DNA of 64,000 nucleotides from Glycera tridactyla (Eukaryota): NCBI GenBank assembly GCA_965644265.1, contig OZ286469.1, positions 31,806,001 to 31,870,000 of the forward strand, read 5' to 3'. Shown piece by piece: positions 52,520 to 63,425 of this stretch (position 1 is its first letter; each line of letters starts with the position of its first letter). The notes under the pieces were generated by a model. It saw only the letters and a program-made list of their open reading frames with translations, ran no database searches and was not told where the DNA came from. The position numbers and the translations under genes were made by a program.

Positions 52520-52879
52520 TAATTCTGATGTGATGGTATAGAATAACTTGCACTATAATTTGAGTCCTCTTCTTTTCACAGGTCCTGAACTCCTGATATA
52601 GCTTAGCAAAGTGACTAACAATACTAGCTGCTAAGCTGCATGTAGAAAACAAGACTAATGACTAATGAGCCATCACCTTGCACTTCCATTGAAACCCGAA
52701 AATCATCTGCTGTGCATTGTCCATTCCTGCAACAATGGAGACTAGTGATTACCAAAATGCTGGACTCTTTTAGTGCTTCAAGGCTTCCTTCCAACAGGAC
52801 TATGATGCAACAATCACACCCTCAAATTGGATCATCAAAACCGAATCCCCATGTCTGATATTGCCAAGACTCTGTACAG

Positions 52880-53700
52880 AGAAATTGAGATGATATGGGA
52901 CAAGACATTCCCTACAACAGTTTCAGATAAAGCTTGCATTTCAAGGATCCAAATATTACTGGAGTCATGGGAGAAGAAGCGATATAGGTTGATGAAGCCA
53001 TGAACAAAGTGTATGGATTCATACCAACTCCTGCTCGATCAACTGAGTGATCTGGCAACCCCAGAGGATGAACTTCTTAGTATTCTGCAAGGCACCAGAT
53101 TGAAATCATGCCAAATGGATTTTCAGTTCTATAAAAACATGAATTCTGTACCACAATTGGGAAGTATGGGCACTTTGGAGCCTGTACTATCCAAGAAACT
53201 GAAAAGAGTAGGAGTAAGAAATGAAGAACAGCTGAAGAGGCAGAGGAGGAAGAGAGAGAAGGCTTCTCGATGATCAGAGCGGTAGACTGGACATATTGGA
53301 TGATCCAGATAATGTGAATAGCCATGCTGCAGATACACTGGGCAACACAGGGTGCGATGTTTGGACTGGGCAAACCAGCAATGAAGGCGACAGGTACTGT
53401 CTGGAAGACAGCGGGAGGTACCACAACTGTATGAGTTCATCAGGAGCATTCATGGCTTTTCTTCAATCTTCTGCATTTGGATTAGCATGGCTGCAACTCC
53501 CTACCGCCCGGTGGCATCTCCACCAAGGATTCCAGCATATGTGGACAACATGAATGTTGTGAAGGATACAACAGAGCAAGCATTCAAAGATGTGACTGAT
53601 TTTGCAAACTACTGTCAGGACCCTGACAGAAGAGATGATGTGATAAAAGTTGTCACAGGGAACTGGTGGACTTGCTCATTTAATAAAAGATGAAATTGCT
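52880..53700 (+). pseudogene. hAT transposase N- and C-terminal relics
   Basis: LLDQLSDLATPEDELL...FQFYKNMNSVPQLGSMG (N-terminal region) and AYVDNMNVVKDTTEQAFKDVTDFANYCQDPDRRDDVIKVV (C-terminal VVND.AER.VK motif). The catalytic core is missing. Confidence 0.75.
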
Positions 53701-56700
53701 TGCAGATGGAAGCTCAGTGAATGAACAGTATCGATTGTTTGCTGTAAGCCTTAGCTAAGTCTAAATGCATCATTGGACAGTACTCGGTATCATACTTTCC
53801 AAGTTTCGAGTGTGATTTCAAACATGAAGATGAGGATTTAGACCATGGGTATTTCATAATAAATGATCAGTATGAAAAGACCTTTAAAATTAGCTATTTT
53901 TCATATATATACAAGATAATTTCACATAGGGGCTGCCGGACACTGACGGGAGGCCTGTTGTGACCAACTTTTACGTTAAAAAGGCCCCAACTTGTAAATT
54001 TAAAAAAATTCCAAAAAAAATCATGGGTGCTCCTGGACCCAAGCCTCACCCCAATCTAGCTCAGCAAGTTGATACGGCAAAAAAGTGAAATTCTGAAACA
54101 CCCTAATATGCCTATATGCTTCTACATCCAGAATGATTTGTTGGAGGGGGTTATGACAGTGCCCAGGTGTACATCTGTGTGAAATTATGGCACTTGTTTT
54201 CAAAGGTCCACAAAGATGCCATTTGAGGAGGGGGCTGATCCACTGGACTGAGGCTGTCTGTGGTCTCGGAAAAGTCTTTTCAGGCCTCTAAACCTCTACT
54301 TTCGAAAACACTATATCAAACACACATTTCAACCCACCATATTCAGTACTGATAGACTGGATGTGCTGTCCATGTGACATTTAAATAATATTAGGAGTAT
54401 AATAACGAAATAGATGTAATGAACATATCTATCAGATGCTCGAAAGATATCAGGTTTACCTCAAGTAACCTTGTGTGGAACCTACTTGCAAGTCAATATG
54501 ACCAGCTATTCATTACTTGAAATCACATCAATATTCAATCTCTAGGGGATGACAAATAAATGTGGACCTAGCCATTATATGAATTATTTGAATGTCACCA
54601 TCTTCATATTGTTTCAGTCTCAAATATGAATGAGGATTTGATTGTGGTCATCTCAGGTCAATCACAGAGTTTTATTGTAAAATCCGACTGGAAATATCCT
54701 ATTTAAACCCCACAGAATATTATATAAGTGTTTGTAATTATTGTAGGCATTGTCTGTAGTCTGGTCCTAGATCCCAAGAGACAATTCATGCAATTGCTGC
54801 CGAGATATATTCATTATTGAGATGCCGATACTGTCTGAATTCATGAAAAGCCTACAAAATGCCACCTAGTGGCAGAAATTGTCAATATAGGGATTTGCCA
54901 AGAGTATTTCTAATCATTGTAGGGATTGTCTGTAGTCTGGTCCTAGAACCCAAGAGACAAATTATGCAATTGCTGCAGAGATATACCCATTATAGAGATG
55001 CCTATACGTTCTGAATTCATGAAAAGCCTGCAAAACGCCACCTAGTGGCAGAAATCATCAATATCTGGATTTGCCAAGAATGTTTCTGATCATTGTAGGG
55101 ATTGTCTGTAGTCTGGTCCTAGCACCCAAGAGACAATTCATGCAATTGCTGGAGAGATATACCCATTATTGAGATGCCTATTCTGATTGGAATCATGAAA
55201 AGCTTCTGAAATGCCACCTAGTGGCAAAAATTGTCAATATCTGGATTTGCCGATAGTATTTCTTATTATTGTAGGGATTGTCTGTAGTCTGGTCCTAGAA
55301 CCCAAGAGACAATTCATGCAATTGCTGCAGAGATATACCCATCTTTAAGAAGCCTATACTGTCTGAATTCATGAAAAGCCTGCAAAACGCCACCTATAGT
55401 GGCAGAAATCGTCAATATAGGGATTTGCCAACGTGGTTCTATATCCAGAATGATTCAGTTTGGTTATGTGGACAAGTGTGCCAAGTTTGGTACTTGTTTC
55501 CAAAAGTGCACAAACATGCCCTTTTTTTGGGCTTATCCACTGGACTACATTGGTGTAGTATAATCTCAACCTAATGCTTTCCATATTTCAATAACTGTGT
55601 TTTGTTAAAATGGTTAGATGTGCCATCGCTGGGTTAAATATGTTCAGTTTGTTAGCTAGATCAAATCAGCCAGGAACACATGATATACAAAATCCTCTTG
55701 GCTGATTCATGCTAAAAACCCTCCTTCATTTTCGCCATTGATATCACCTTTTGAATTTTCTCCAGATTGCTAAAAAAGACTTCAGTGTACTTCAAATGCG
55801 TTAAGGGTCTTGTTCAAATTCATGCTGTGAATTTTCAATACATCTTGACTTCGATCTATCTGAAATTAGCGCATCTCTACCTGTTTTTTTTTTATTTTAC
55901 TGCCTCGAAAAGAATTCTCTCTGATAAGACTGTGCAACAAGGGAGGTTTTTTTTATGTGAACCAATCCAGTTGGTAGACGTTCATTGATTTCATTCAAAA
56001 ACATTGCTATTTTCTTGCAGGTAGTGTTGATGTCAGTTCTGAAGATACTTTTGAGCAGTGCTAAAAACTGTGGAGTAGCCATGTGGCTCACATATGAGTT
56101 CACCCCAATTAGAAATAGTAGACAAGTGATCATGACTGTTCACCAGTGTTGTAGCTGTTTTCTAAAATAAGATATAAAAATTGTCATTTGCAGCATCATA
56201 TCCTTTTCATTCCCTGGTGCATACACAGCCGAGAAGAGGTATGATAGAAGGATCTAGTTTTCTTCTCACATATTTTACCAGACCTCTGAAATATGGTATT
56301 CCTTCCATGATGGATGACTATCATTTGAAAAATGCAATATTTTAGTCAATCTCATTGTTTCACTCCCATCAGGGAATCATTGATCATGGACACGTTTCCC
56401 AATCTACGTAATATTACCGTAGGATAACACCAGGAAGGAGAATCTATACAATGGGAATGTAAATGTAAAGAATGATCATTATACTTTGAGGCACAAGGAA
56501 TCGTGTGACATTATCACGAAAGATTCTGTAGCAATATTAATGTTGGTAGTAGGAGTAGTAGTATTGGAAGCAGAAGTAATAGTAGATATGATAATGATAT
56601 CATTATCATCATTATCATAACCTTCAGTGGCAGTGGGAGAATAATACTAATGATATATCACGAGATTTCAATTTCATCAAGGTGTTGAGAATAATTGGTC

Positions 56701-56706
56701 ACCCAC

Positions 56707-56808
56707 ATATTTCGCAGATGGGTCCAGTGTATAATACAGGACAACAACAAGTGCAAGCATCAGTGCCTAGCATGCTCCTGTTCTGGCATTGAGTATTGGG
56801 GCATTTCA
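56707..56808 (-). CDS. Intact 102-nt phase 1-1 EGF-like exon
   Basis: ttgttccccag|...|gtgggt; reads KCPNTQCQNRSMLGTDACTCCCPVLYTGPICEI. Confidence 0.85.
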
Positions 56809-57358
56809 CTGGGGAACAAATATGGGACACAATGTATCGTTTGAATAATCATAGACATATAGTGGAATGCATGATGATCTTAATCATTACTATGATGATG
56901 ATCATCCTCATGTCATCATCATCATTACTTCTACCGTATCGCCGTATTATCACATTTTGGATCAATAATACGATATAGTGATACACTGATCGATGATAAA
57001 GAGATGGTAATAATGATGATGATGGTTCTGACAGCATTGATGATAGTGATGATGACAAGATATCAAAGGCAAAGTGATGATCAGTAGTCAAACATGAAAT
57101 GTGTTGTGGTGAAAATGCACTCGAAGTGCTACTGTAACTAGACAGAGGATTGGTGAATTTCCATGGGCCACAACCCCTATCACATGGACATGGATATCAA
57201 TATTCATCTTTCAATTGGGGTAATCACAAATTTGCAACTTTAGTCTGCAATATACGGATTATTTTATGACATACTAAAAATACTAAATTCCGAAGGGTAT
57301 ACAGCATCACTAATATGCCTGACAGGTGTCTCCTGTGTAGATTTCTCAGGCGCTTCCT

Positions 57359-57513
57359 GACAATGACAATGACAATGACTATGGCGAATCTTTTATTACA
57401 TTAGGCAGATACAGCTTGACATGCAAGCAACTTCATCATATACCTTTCAGCAATCAGATCCAGACTTGTTTCGCTGCCATGACCTATCTTCCCTGTGAAT
57501 CGGCTGGTGGAGA
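57359..57513 (-). mobile_element. Non-LTR retroelement 3' fragment inserted into the EGF part of exon 2
   Basis: AATAAA followed by a (GTCATT)n tail on the minus strand, splitting the EGF motif between GTLDIDA and YTGDTC. Confidence 0.65.
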
Positions 57514-58099
57514 GGCATCTATATCCAGTGTTCCGACATTTTCACACATCATGCCATTGCAGGGAGGCTAGCATATGCCGCATGTGATTGGACAGTCGTA
57601 GCGTGCTAGTGGGCAGAAACAGTTTGGAGATGGTCCCCATATATAGCAGAGGCGCTCGGTTTCTGGGCAGTCCACTACAACGAGATACGTGAATTGTCAA
57701 TTGCAGGCATTATATATTTCATCACATACATTGACATTTGACATACACAAACTCACATCCCTATACAGTTTGGTATAAAACAATGATTTCAACACTTTCC
57801 ATCAGTTCTGTGGCAGTTCTCTCCAGTTTATATAAGAGAAATGATACAATACATAGAGTTGAAAAAATACGACTTCCATACCAAATTAAGGAGATTGACG
57901 AGGAAAACCCCAGAATAGATAGAAATCCGTTGAGAGGGGATAGGAAAAATGGTGATGAAGCACAGCCAATGGGATGAATGCATTCGTTTTGTACATCATC
58001 GGATGGTGTGCAAAACAGACAGACCTTTAGCTTCTAGTTATGTATAAATTTTAAGATGATGAGTTTTGACACTAATGCTAGTTGGGCTTTGAAAGATTA

Positions 58100-58611
58100 G
58101 GTTATTCAATTACACTTGGATCACTGCCCAAAATGCCTTGATTCTCTCTTCAATATCTAGTTCATGAGTTGCCTGCAGCCACACCCGGCTCCATATGAGT
58201 GTGCAGCTGAGGGATTCGAATTGTGCTTAGAATCATGTTCAGATTTTAGGCCTCTAACAGTCCATCTGATAGGCTACTTGAATTTCCTTAAATGGATTGG
58301 CAGTGTATGCCTTGGATTACGCTAACAACATGAGTACGTGCGTGCTGGTGAGCTTCATAATTATTCAAGTCAGGTTCATTTCACCCATGTACCAAACTTG
58401 ATGCGGGTGAACAACCGGAGAGAGAAATAGAGAATAGAATCAGATATGGATGTAATTCAAGAGTTGTGTAGTGACAGTAAAATAATACCAGGAGGTAAAT
58501 TTGAAAATATATAGGATGTGAAGACGTAAAAATGGAACGGTATACTTTAAGGTGTCAAGAATTGTGTGACAACATCACAAAGTGTTGATAGTAGTAGTAA
58601 TGGTAGTAGTG

Positions 58612-58662
<51 letters not shown>

Positions 58663-58916
58663 TAAGAAAGAGAAGTCATACCTAATGACACTATCACGAT
58701 AATTGTTATCATCATCATCATCATCCTCATGATTATCAGGAGCATTGGGATGATGATAATGATGATATATCACAAGATTTTCATCAAGTTGTTGTTAATG
58801 GATGGCCACTTACATGTTTCACAAGTGGTCTCAGTGTAGATCGCAGTTAAATGACAAGTACAGGAATCTGCGTCCAGTGTTCCACTATTATGACACCTCT
58901 ATCTTTATCATACTGC
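58100..58916 (-). pseudogene. Partial copy B: frameshifted EGF exon (58916-58814) plus paralogous intron blocks
   Basis: RCHNSGTLDADSCTCHLTAIYTETTCET|gtaagt, with stops upstream in frame. Blocks at 58480-58560 and 58120-58200 match 60470-60590/56420-56530 and 60150-60210. Confidence 0.75.
58590..58760. repeat. (TAG)n and (ATC)n microsatellites in the paralogous intron
   Basis: Read directly; similar trinucleotide tracts sit at the same intron positions in copies A and C. Confidence 0.9.
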
Positions 58917-59505
58917 CTTTGATTGAATTACGATTCACAAAAAACTGCAGGTATCCAGCTCATCAGAGATGTAATTTGGTTTATTTCCGCTATAGACAGG
59001 AGTCATATCACATTTCTTTGCTTGGCCAAGAAGATGTGAGTTTAGTCCAAATGCATTTGGTGTCAGCTTCAAATTTTAGCGGTGATTTCCCAACATATCC
59101 CGATTCCAATCTATTTTTGAATAAGCATAATTGCCGGATGCCTGTTTACTGACCTCTAGATTCTGTGCTATCATATATCTATTATACTGTTATCAACAGA
59201 ATTATCTCTAATCAACAAACGATTGGTACCGATTATCAACACAGAGGGCGTTGTTCATCAATTCTAATTCTTCAAGTTAATGGATGTTCATCATATATCT
59301 CATTATCAAAATTGTAATTTTGTTACCAGTAGAGATGATGCCATTTGAGAAGATAAATAAACAGTAATCCAAACAATATTATGTATTTCACTGCAGAGTA
59401 GTCATGTGACCTACATAAGGGCATATTCATGTGTGAGACACTGAATCAGTAATCTTTTCATTATCCACCAGTTTTCGATTTCTCTACAATGAGATGAATG
59501 AATGT

Positions 59506-59790
59506 GGTGGCGAGGTAGGTGCGGACACTTCGGTTCTCAACTGAGCAGCAATATTTACTACAATGAGCAGGGCTCCTTGGATGGGTGATCAACATGGGCA
59601 AGGTTCACCATTCCATACTGGACCTGCACCATCACACAGATCCGTAAGTTCTGCACTGCTCACTAAGGAGGCACTTCTGTGTGGAGGTCACCAAGTGGAA
59701 TTTCTTTACTCCACCACTTCACCTCACCCAGGTGTGAATGGGTACATGGCTATAGGTAGTGTTGGTGATTGTAGAGTGCTTAACCCATAC
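59506..59790 (+). mobile_element. Old SINE, possibly with a 5S-like head and CORE-like body
   Basis: ccttggatgggtgatc resembles the 5S box C region; cacccaggtgtgaatgggtac resembles a CORE-type SINE motif. Both are from recall. Confidence 0.4.
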
Positions 59791-60763
59791 AGTTAACTCT
59801 GTGACTGTGGTTGTATACTCCCCAGGGAGATGAGAAAGGCTCAAGCTCAAGCTCAGAGTCAGGCCTGCCAGGGAATGTATTTGCGAAGTCAGGTGAACTT
59901 GCTATGGATACCAGCCTATAAAGCACTACAGTTAAATTTTTTTCAATTGCTACTTGCAGGGTCATATTTATCATATGTCCTGATGCATACCTAGCCAAGA
60001 ATATGTATAGCTGTGATAGCCCAGATTTCGAATTCTGCTCACATGCACCCCCACACCACAGAGAGGCGGTATTGGGTATTCTTGATATCATGGATGACAA
60101 TCACTGAGAAAATGCAATGTTTGACCTATCTTATAGAACATTTTACCTTTTTGGTAGTGATTTTCTTTGGTCCTTGAGTTGCCTGCAGCAAAAACTGGCT
60201 ACTCATGGGGATATAGATGAGCGTAGATGTGCCCCATGAATGACCATGTATATGAGCAGATCGTGGGATGTGTAGAGTCGAAAGGGGAATGTATTACATG
60301 ACTTACTTCAACCTACCTTCATATTATGACGCTTTTTCTGATCCTTCGACAGAACCCTAGTATGAAGCTGATTCAATATGCATCCCACTGACCATGGTGG
60401 TATAAAGCCATATACTCGAGGGAACCATTTGTTCATCAGTAACATTTTGAGAATTGAGTGGAAAAGAAGTGACAGTAAAATAGTACCAGACGTGGAAGTG
60501 AAAATGTATCAGATCCAAAAATCAATAAAAAAAAACGGAACAGTATACCTCAAGGTACCGGAAATTGTGTGTATGGCATGACAAAAAGTTCAGTAGTGGT
60601 GTTGGTAATGGGAGCAGTAGTATTGGCTGTAGTGTTAGAGGTAATAGTAGTCATTAATGTTATCATTATTATCATAATTCCAAGCAGCATTGACAGAATA
60701 ATACTTATAATGTGTTTCGAGATTTCGCTTTCATCAAGGAGTTGATAATGGATGGTCACTTAC

Positions 60764-60865
60764 GTATTTCACAGTTGGTCCCGGTGTAGAATGCAGGGCA
60801 AGTGCAAGTGCAGGTAAAAGTGTTTACCAACCCTCCATTATGGCAATGAATATCGGGACATTTCT
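60764..60865 (-). CDS. Intact 102-nt phase 1-1 EGF-like exon
   Basis: gattgttttccag|...|gtaagt; reads KCPDIHCHNGGLVNTFTCTCTCPAFYTGTNCEI. Confidence 0.9.
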
Positions 60866-61900
60866 CTGGAAAACAATCATACGACACAGTATATCACTTG
60901 AATGATCATAAAGCTTATTGTGGTATGTTTGATTATCATAATAATGATAATGATAATAATGACAATAATAAAAATAATGATAACTATGATAACAATCACA
61001 ATGATAATGATGATAATGGTATCATTGATAATAATAACGATGATTTGATTTGATAATAGTGATAATGATATCATTATTAAAGCAGTAACAATAGGAATGA
61101 TGAAAAAGCGTTGAAAGGCAAAGTGATAATGAGATGTCAAACTTCGAAAGTGTCTTCAGAAAAAATGCATTCGAAAGAGCTCCAGCATCTAGACAGAAGA
61201 TGGGTGTATCTTCGGAAGTCGCATTCTTTGTTACATGGACATGAACGTCAAAATATACCTCACTGCTGGTGTATATGGATCATTTCAAGAACTACTAGAA
61301 CAATATCAAAAAACATGCTGCATCACTAACATGTTTGACAGGTGTCTCCTGTGTAGAAGTCTCGGCAGCTACATGTGCAGCCATCTGGCTCCAGTATTCC
61401 ACCAATTTAACATATCTTGTGATCAGATGGAGGATCACATAAGCCGCATGTGACTAGACAGTCGTTACTACTACTGATTGATATAATATGATGATATGAT
61501 AATGAAGCAATAATAGTGAAAATGATGATGACAAAATTAGCAGTTGTAATAATATTGATTGCAGAGCGTGGAAATACGTGAAAAAGAGTTTGTCACTTGT
61601 TCAGTTGTCTTGTTTTGCATCATATCATATCATATCAGTTCGAGTGTAATCTAAGACAATGTCATGTTAAATCATGATGTGCGAAGAAGATTTGTGACAA
61701 CAATTTTTTGAAGAACCCACTTATTACAAAAAATCTAACTATGCAGATGGAGGGTGGATGGATGGATAAACGGATGTAAGAATGGAGAGATAGATAGACA
61801 GAGAGATGAATGAATGGATGGATAGATGGATGGATATATAGATGGATGTCCAGTACACTGTAAATAACAAAATGTGAATGAAGGAGTCAGACAATCTCAC

Positions 61901-61955
61901 CATTTAGGCCAGATGCTAGCAGCACAAGGCAACAGAATACTATAATTCTAGGCAT
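61901..61955 (-). CDS. Signal-peptide first coding exon (phase 1)
   Basis: ATG CCT AGA ATT ATA GTA TTC TGT TGC CTT GTG CTG CTA GCA TCT GGC CTA AAT G|gtgaga = MPRIIVFCCLVLLASGLN. Confidence 0.8.
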
Positions 61956-62140
61956 CCTGGCTGTTCTCTCGATAGTGAAGCAGGAACGTTACCAACACTT
62001 CTCTCTCCTTGACGCATCATGATCATTAAGAGCAATTAGTACTTATACATGATTGGCCATAATTAGCTACCTCGCCTTGGGGTTTATCATATAATTATTT
62101 CGGCAGTTGTAATGACCGCCTGAATTGTAATGACTGCCTA

Positions 62141-62833
62141 AAACCCAGTGCATGCCGACTGGGATGTCAAAGGCCGGCTGTGTATTTAGGAGCCTTCTCC
62201 TTTACGCACGTTAAAGATCCACTGCTGTCTCTCACAAAGAGTAGGGACGGCCCCCGGCAGGCAGTGACACTTTTCTTCAGCATTTTCAGTTTTTCAGTCC
62301 AATATTGCCCAAGCGGGTTTAAGTGACGTTAAACTCAAACAAACAAACAAAAGCAAATTGGCTATTCATTCCTGAACATATTGCATACATAATTTTCATG
62401 GCCGAGGTGCACACAGGAGAATCCATTACTTATTCTGGCCGAATTATTTTCCTGAGCCCATCAGGTATCGACATGCTGAGTTGACTTTTTTGGCTCAGAA
62501 ACTAGAGGGGAAACATCATACACTGCCTCTCACCTGCCAGTTTCCATCCATTTCCGTCCATGTCCGATGATATAGCCTCATTTTTCTATCAAGTAATGGG
62601 GCTTATCGTTCATCTGTATTATAAAACACACTGCATGCCGACTGGGATATCAAAGGCCGGCCGTGTATTTAGGAGCCTTTTCCTTCATGCATATTGAAGA
62701 TCCACTGCTGTCTTTCGCAAAGAGTAGGGACGGCCCCCAACAGGCAGTGACTCTCTTCTTCAGCATTATGAGTTTTTCCTGTTCGATATAACCCAAGCGG
62801 GTTTAAGTGACGTTGAACTCAAACAAACAAACA
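62141..62833 (+). mobile_element. Two family-1 SINE copies (62141-62350, ~62623-62833)
   Basis: Same hairpin start, body and (AAAC)n tail as the 34883 copy. Confidence 0.88.
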
Positions 62834-63372
62834 ATCTATGTTATAAAGTATGAATGCATGGTGACTGAGTGGGATATGCATATTCCATTTCATGAGAAAT
62901 CTGCATCGTTCGGTTTTTGGAGACCAAAACTAGATGACCAGTAGGTTGGATTGCTTCAATTATCCATTTCCCGTGAGTGGTAGAATTATTACTGAGTCCT
63001 GGTTCCATTAAGGCATCGTTCTGGCATACAGCGCTGGGCCGGATCCAAATCAATGTGCACAGTGGCACTTGGCCAGTGCTGGCATACTTAATGGTCCCAA
63101 TCTTGGTGTCAAGTGTTTGCCAGCATTGGTCCATTGCTTACCCAATTCAATGATGTTATCTGGGCGGATGTCCCCGATTACCGTAATTTCTCATGAAGGT
63201 CACTCATATTTTCTGCCGAAAAACCTACCATCCTCACTATGATTAATGATTTACCCCCTCGGGTCACAGCATGATATAATTATTCCGTCACTCTCTCAAA
63301 ACTGACGAAAAATCAAGAAAACACTCTGAATTGCATCAATGTTTATTTCTCTTTTGTTGCTCATTTGTCAAT

Positions 63373-63374
<2 letters not shown>

Positions 63375-63418
<44 letters not shown>

Positions 63419-63425
63419 ATATATA
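63375..63425. repeat. (AT)n microsatellite; (AG)n at 63828-63850
   Basis: Read directly. Confidence 0.95.

Larger units (their letters stand above)
51554..54105 (+). mobile_element. Internally deleted hAT (hATm-like) transposon inserted into the Academ element
   Basis: ~200-bp TIRs TAGGGTGTTTCAGAAT.../...ATTCTGAAACACCCTA with perfect 8-bp TSD ATATGCCT (51546-51553, 54106-54113). Confidence 0.9.
48854..55547 (-). mobile_element. Internally deleted Academ (XPG-type) DNA transposon
   Basis: Termini TAGTCCAGTGGATAAGC.../...GCTTATCCACTGGACTA with 3-bp TSD CAT (48851-53, 55548-50). TIRs of ~1.1 kb (to ~49960 and from ~54420), each holding ~3.7 units of a ~176-bp repeat. Established for Academ: TAG ends, 3-4-bp TSD, XPG domain plus Cys8 finger. 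Confidence 0.85.
56200..57802 (-). pseudogene. Pseudogene copy C: secreted ShK-like + EGF protein
   Basis: TATATAAA at 57827-57834. Exon 1 (57802-57757) reads MESVEIIVLYQTV*G|gtgagt, followed by an 82-nt intron. Exon 2 from 57674 reads DCPETERLCYIWGPSPNCFCPLARYDCPITCGIC*PPCNGMMCENVGTLDIDA-[insertion]-*EIYTGDTCQA, with the donor mutated to AT. Exon 3 is 56808-56707; a relic exon starts at ~56323 with an AG>AA acceptor. Confidence 0.85.
59980..61955 (-). pseudogene. Gene/pseudogene copy A: secreted ShK-like + EGF protein
   Basis: Exon 1 (61955-61901) is an intact signal peptide. Exon 2 starts at 61857 but is broken by an (ATCC)n/AT-rich insertion and resumes at ~61466-61331 as DCLVTCGLCDPPSDHKIC*IGGILEPDGCTCSCRDFYTGDTCQT|gttagt (TAA at 61409-61407). 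Exon 3 (60865-60764) is intact; a ShK-like relic starts at 60103. Confidence 0.85.

Noticed and set aside
57520-57720. LINE RT C-terminus (first impression)
   Set aside because: A different frame gives a spliced ShK-like/EGF exon paralogous to 61331-61466, a much better explanation.
62042-62056. TATA+CCAAT promoter for copy A
   Set aside because: The motifs are adjacent rather than ~50 bp apart, and TATAAG is weak; not supportable on its own.
62841-63134. CAP/SCP domain upstream of the ShK/EGF cluster
   Set aside because: No GHYTQ/VW/CNY motifs in any minus frame, and it lies upstream of the signal exon.
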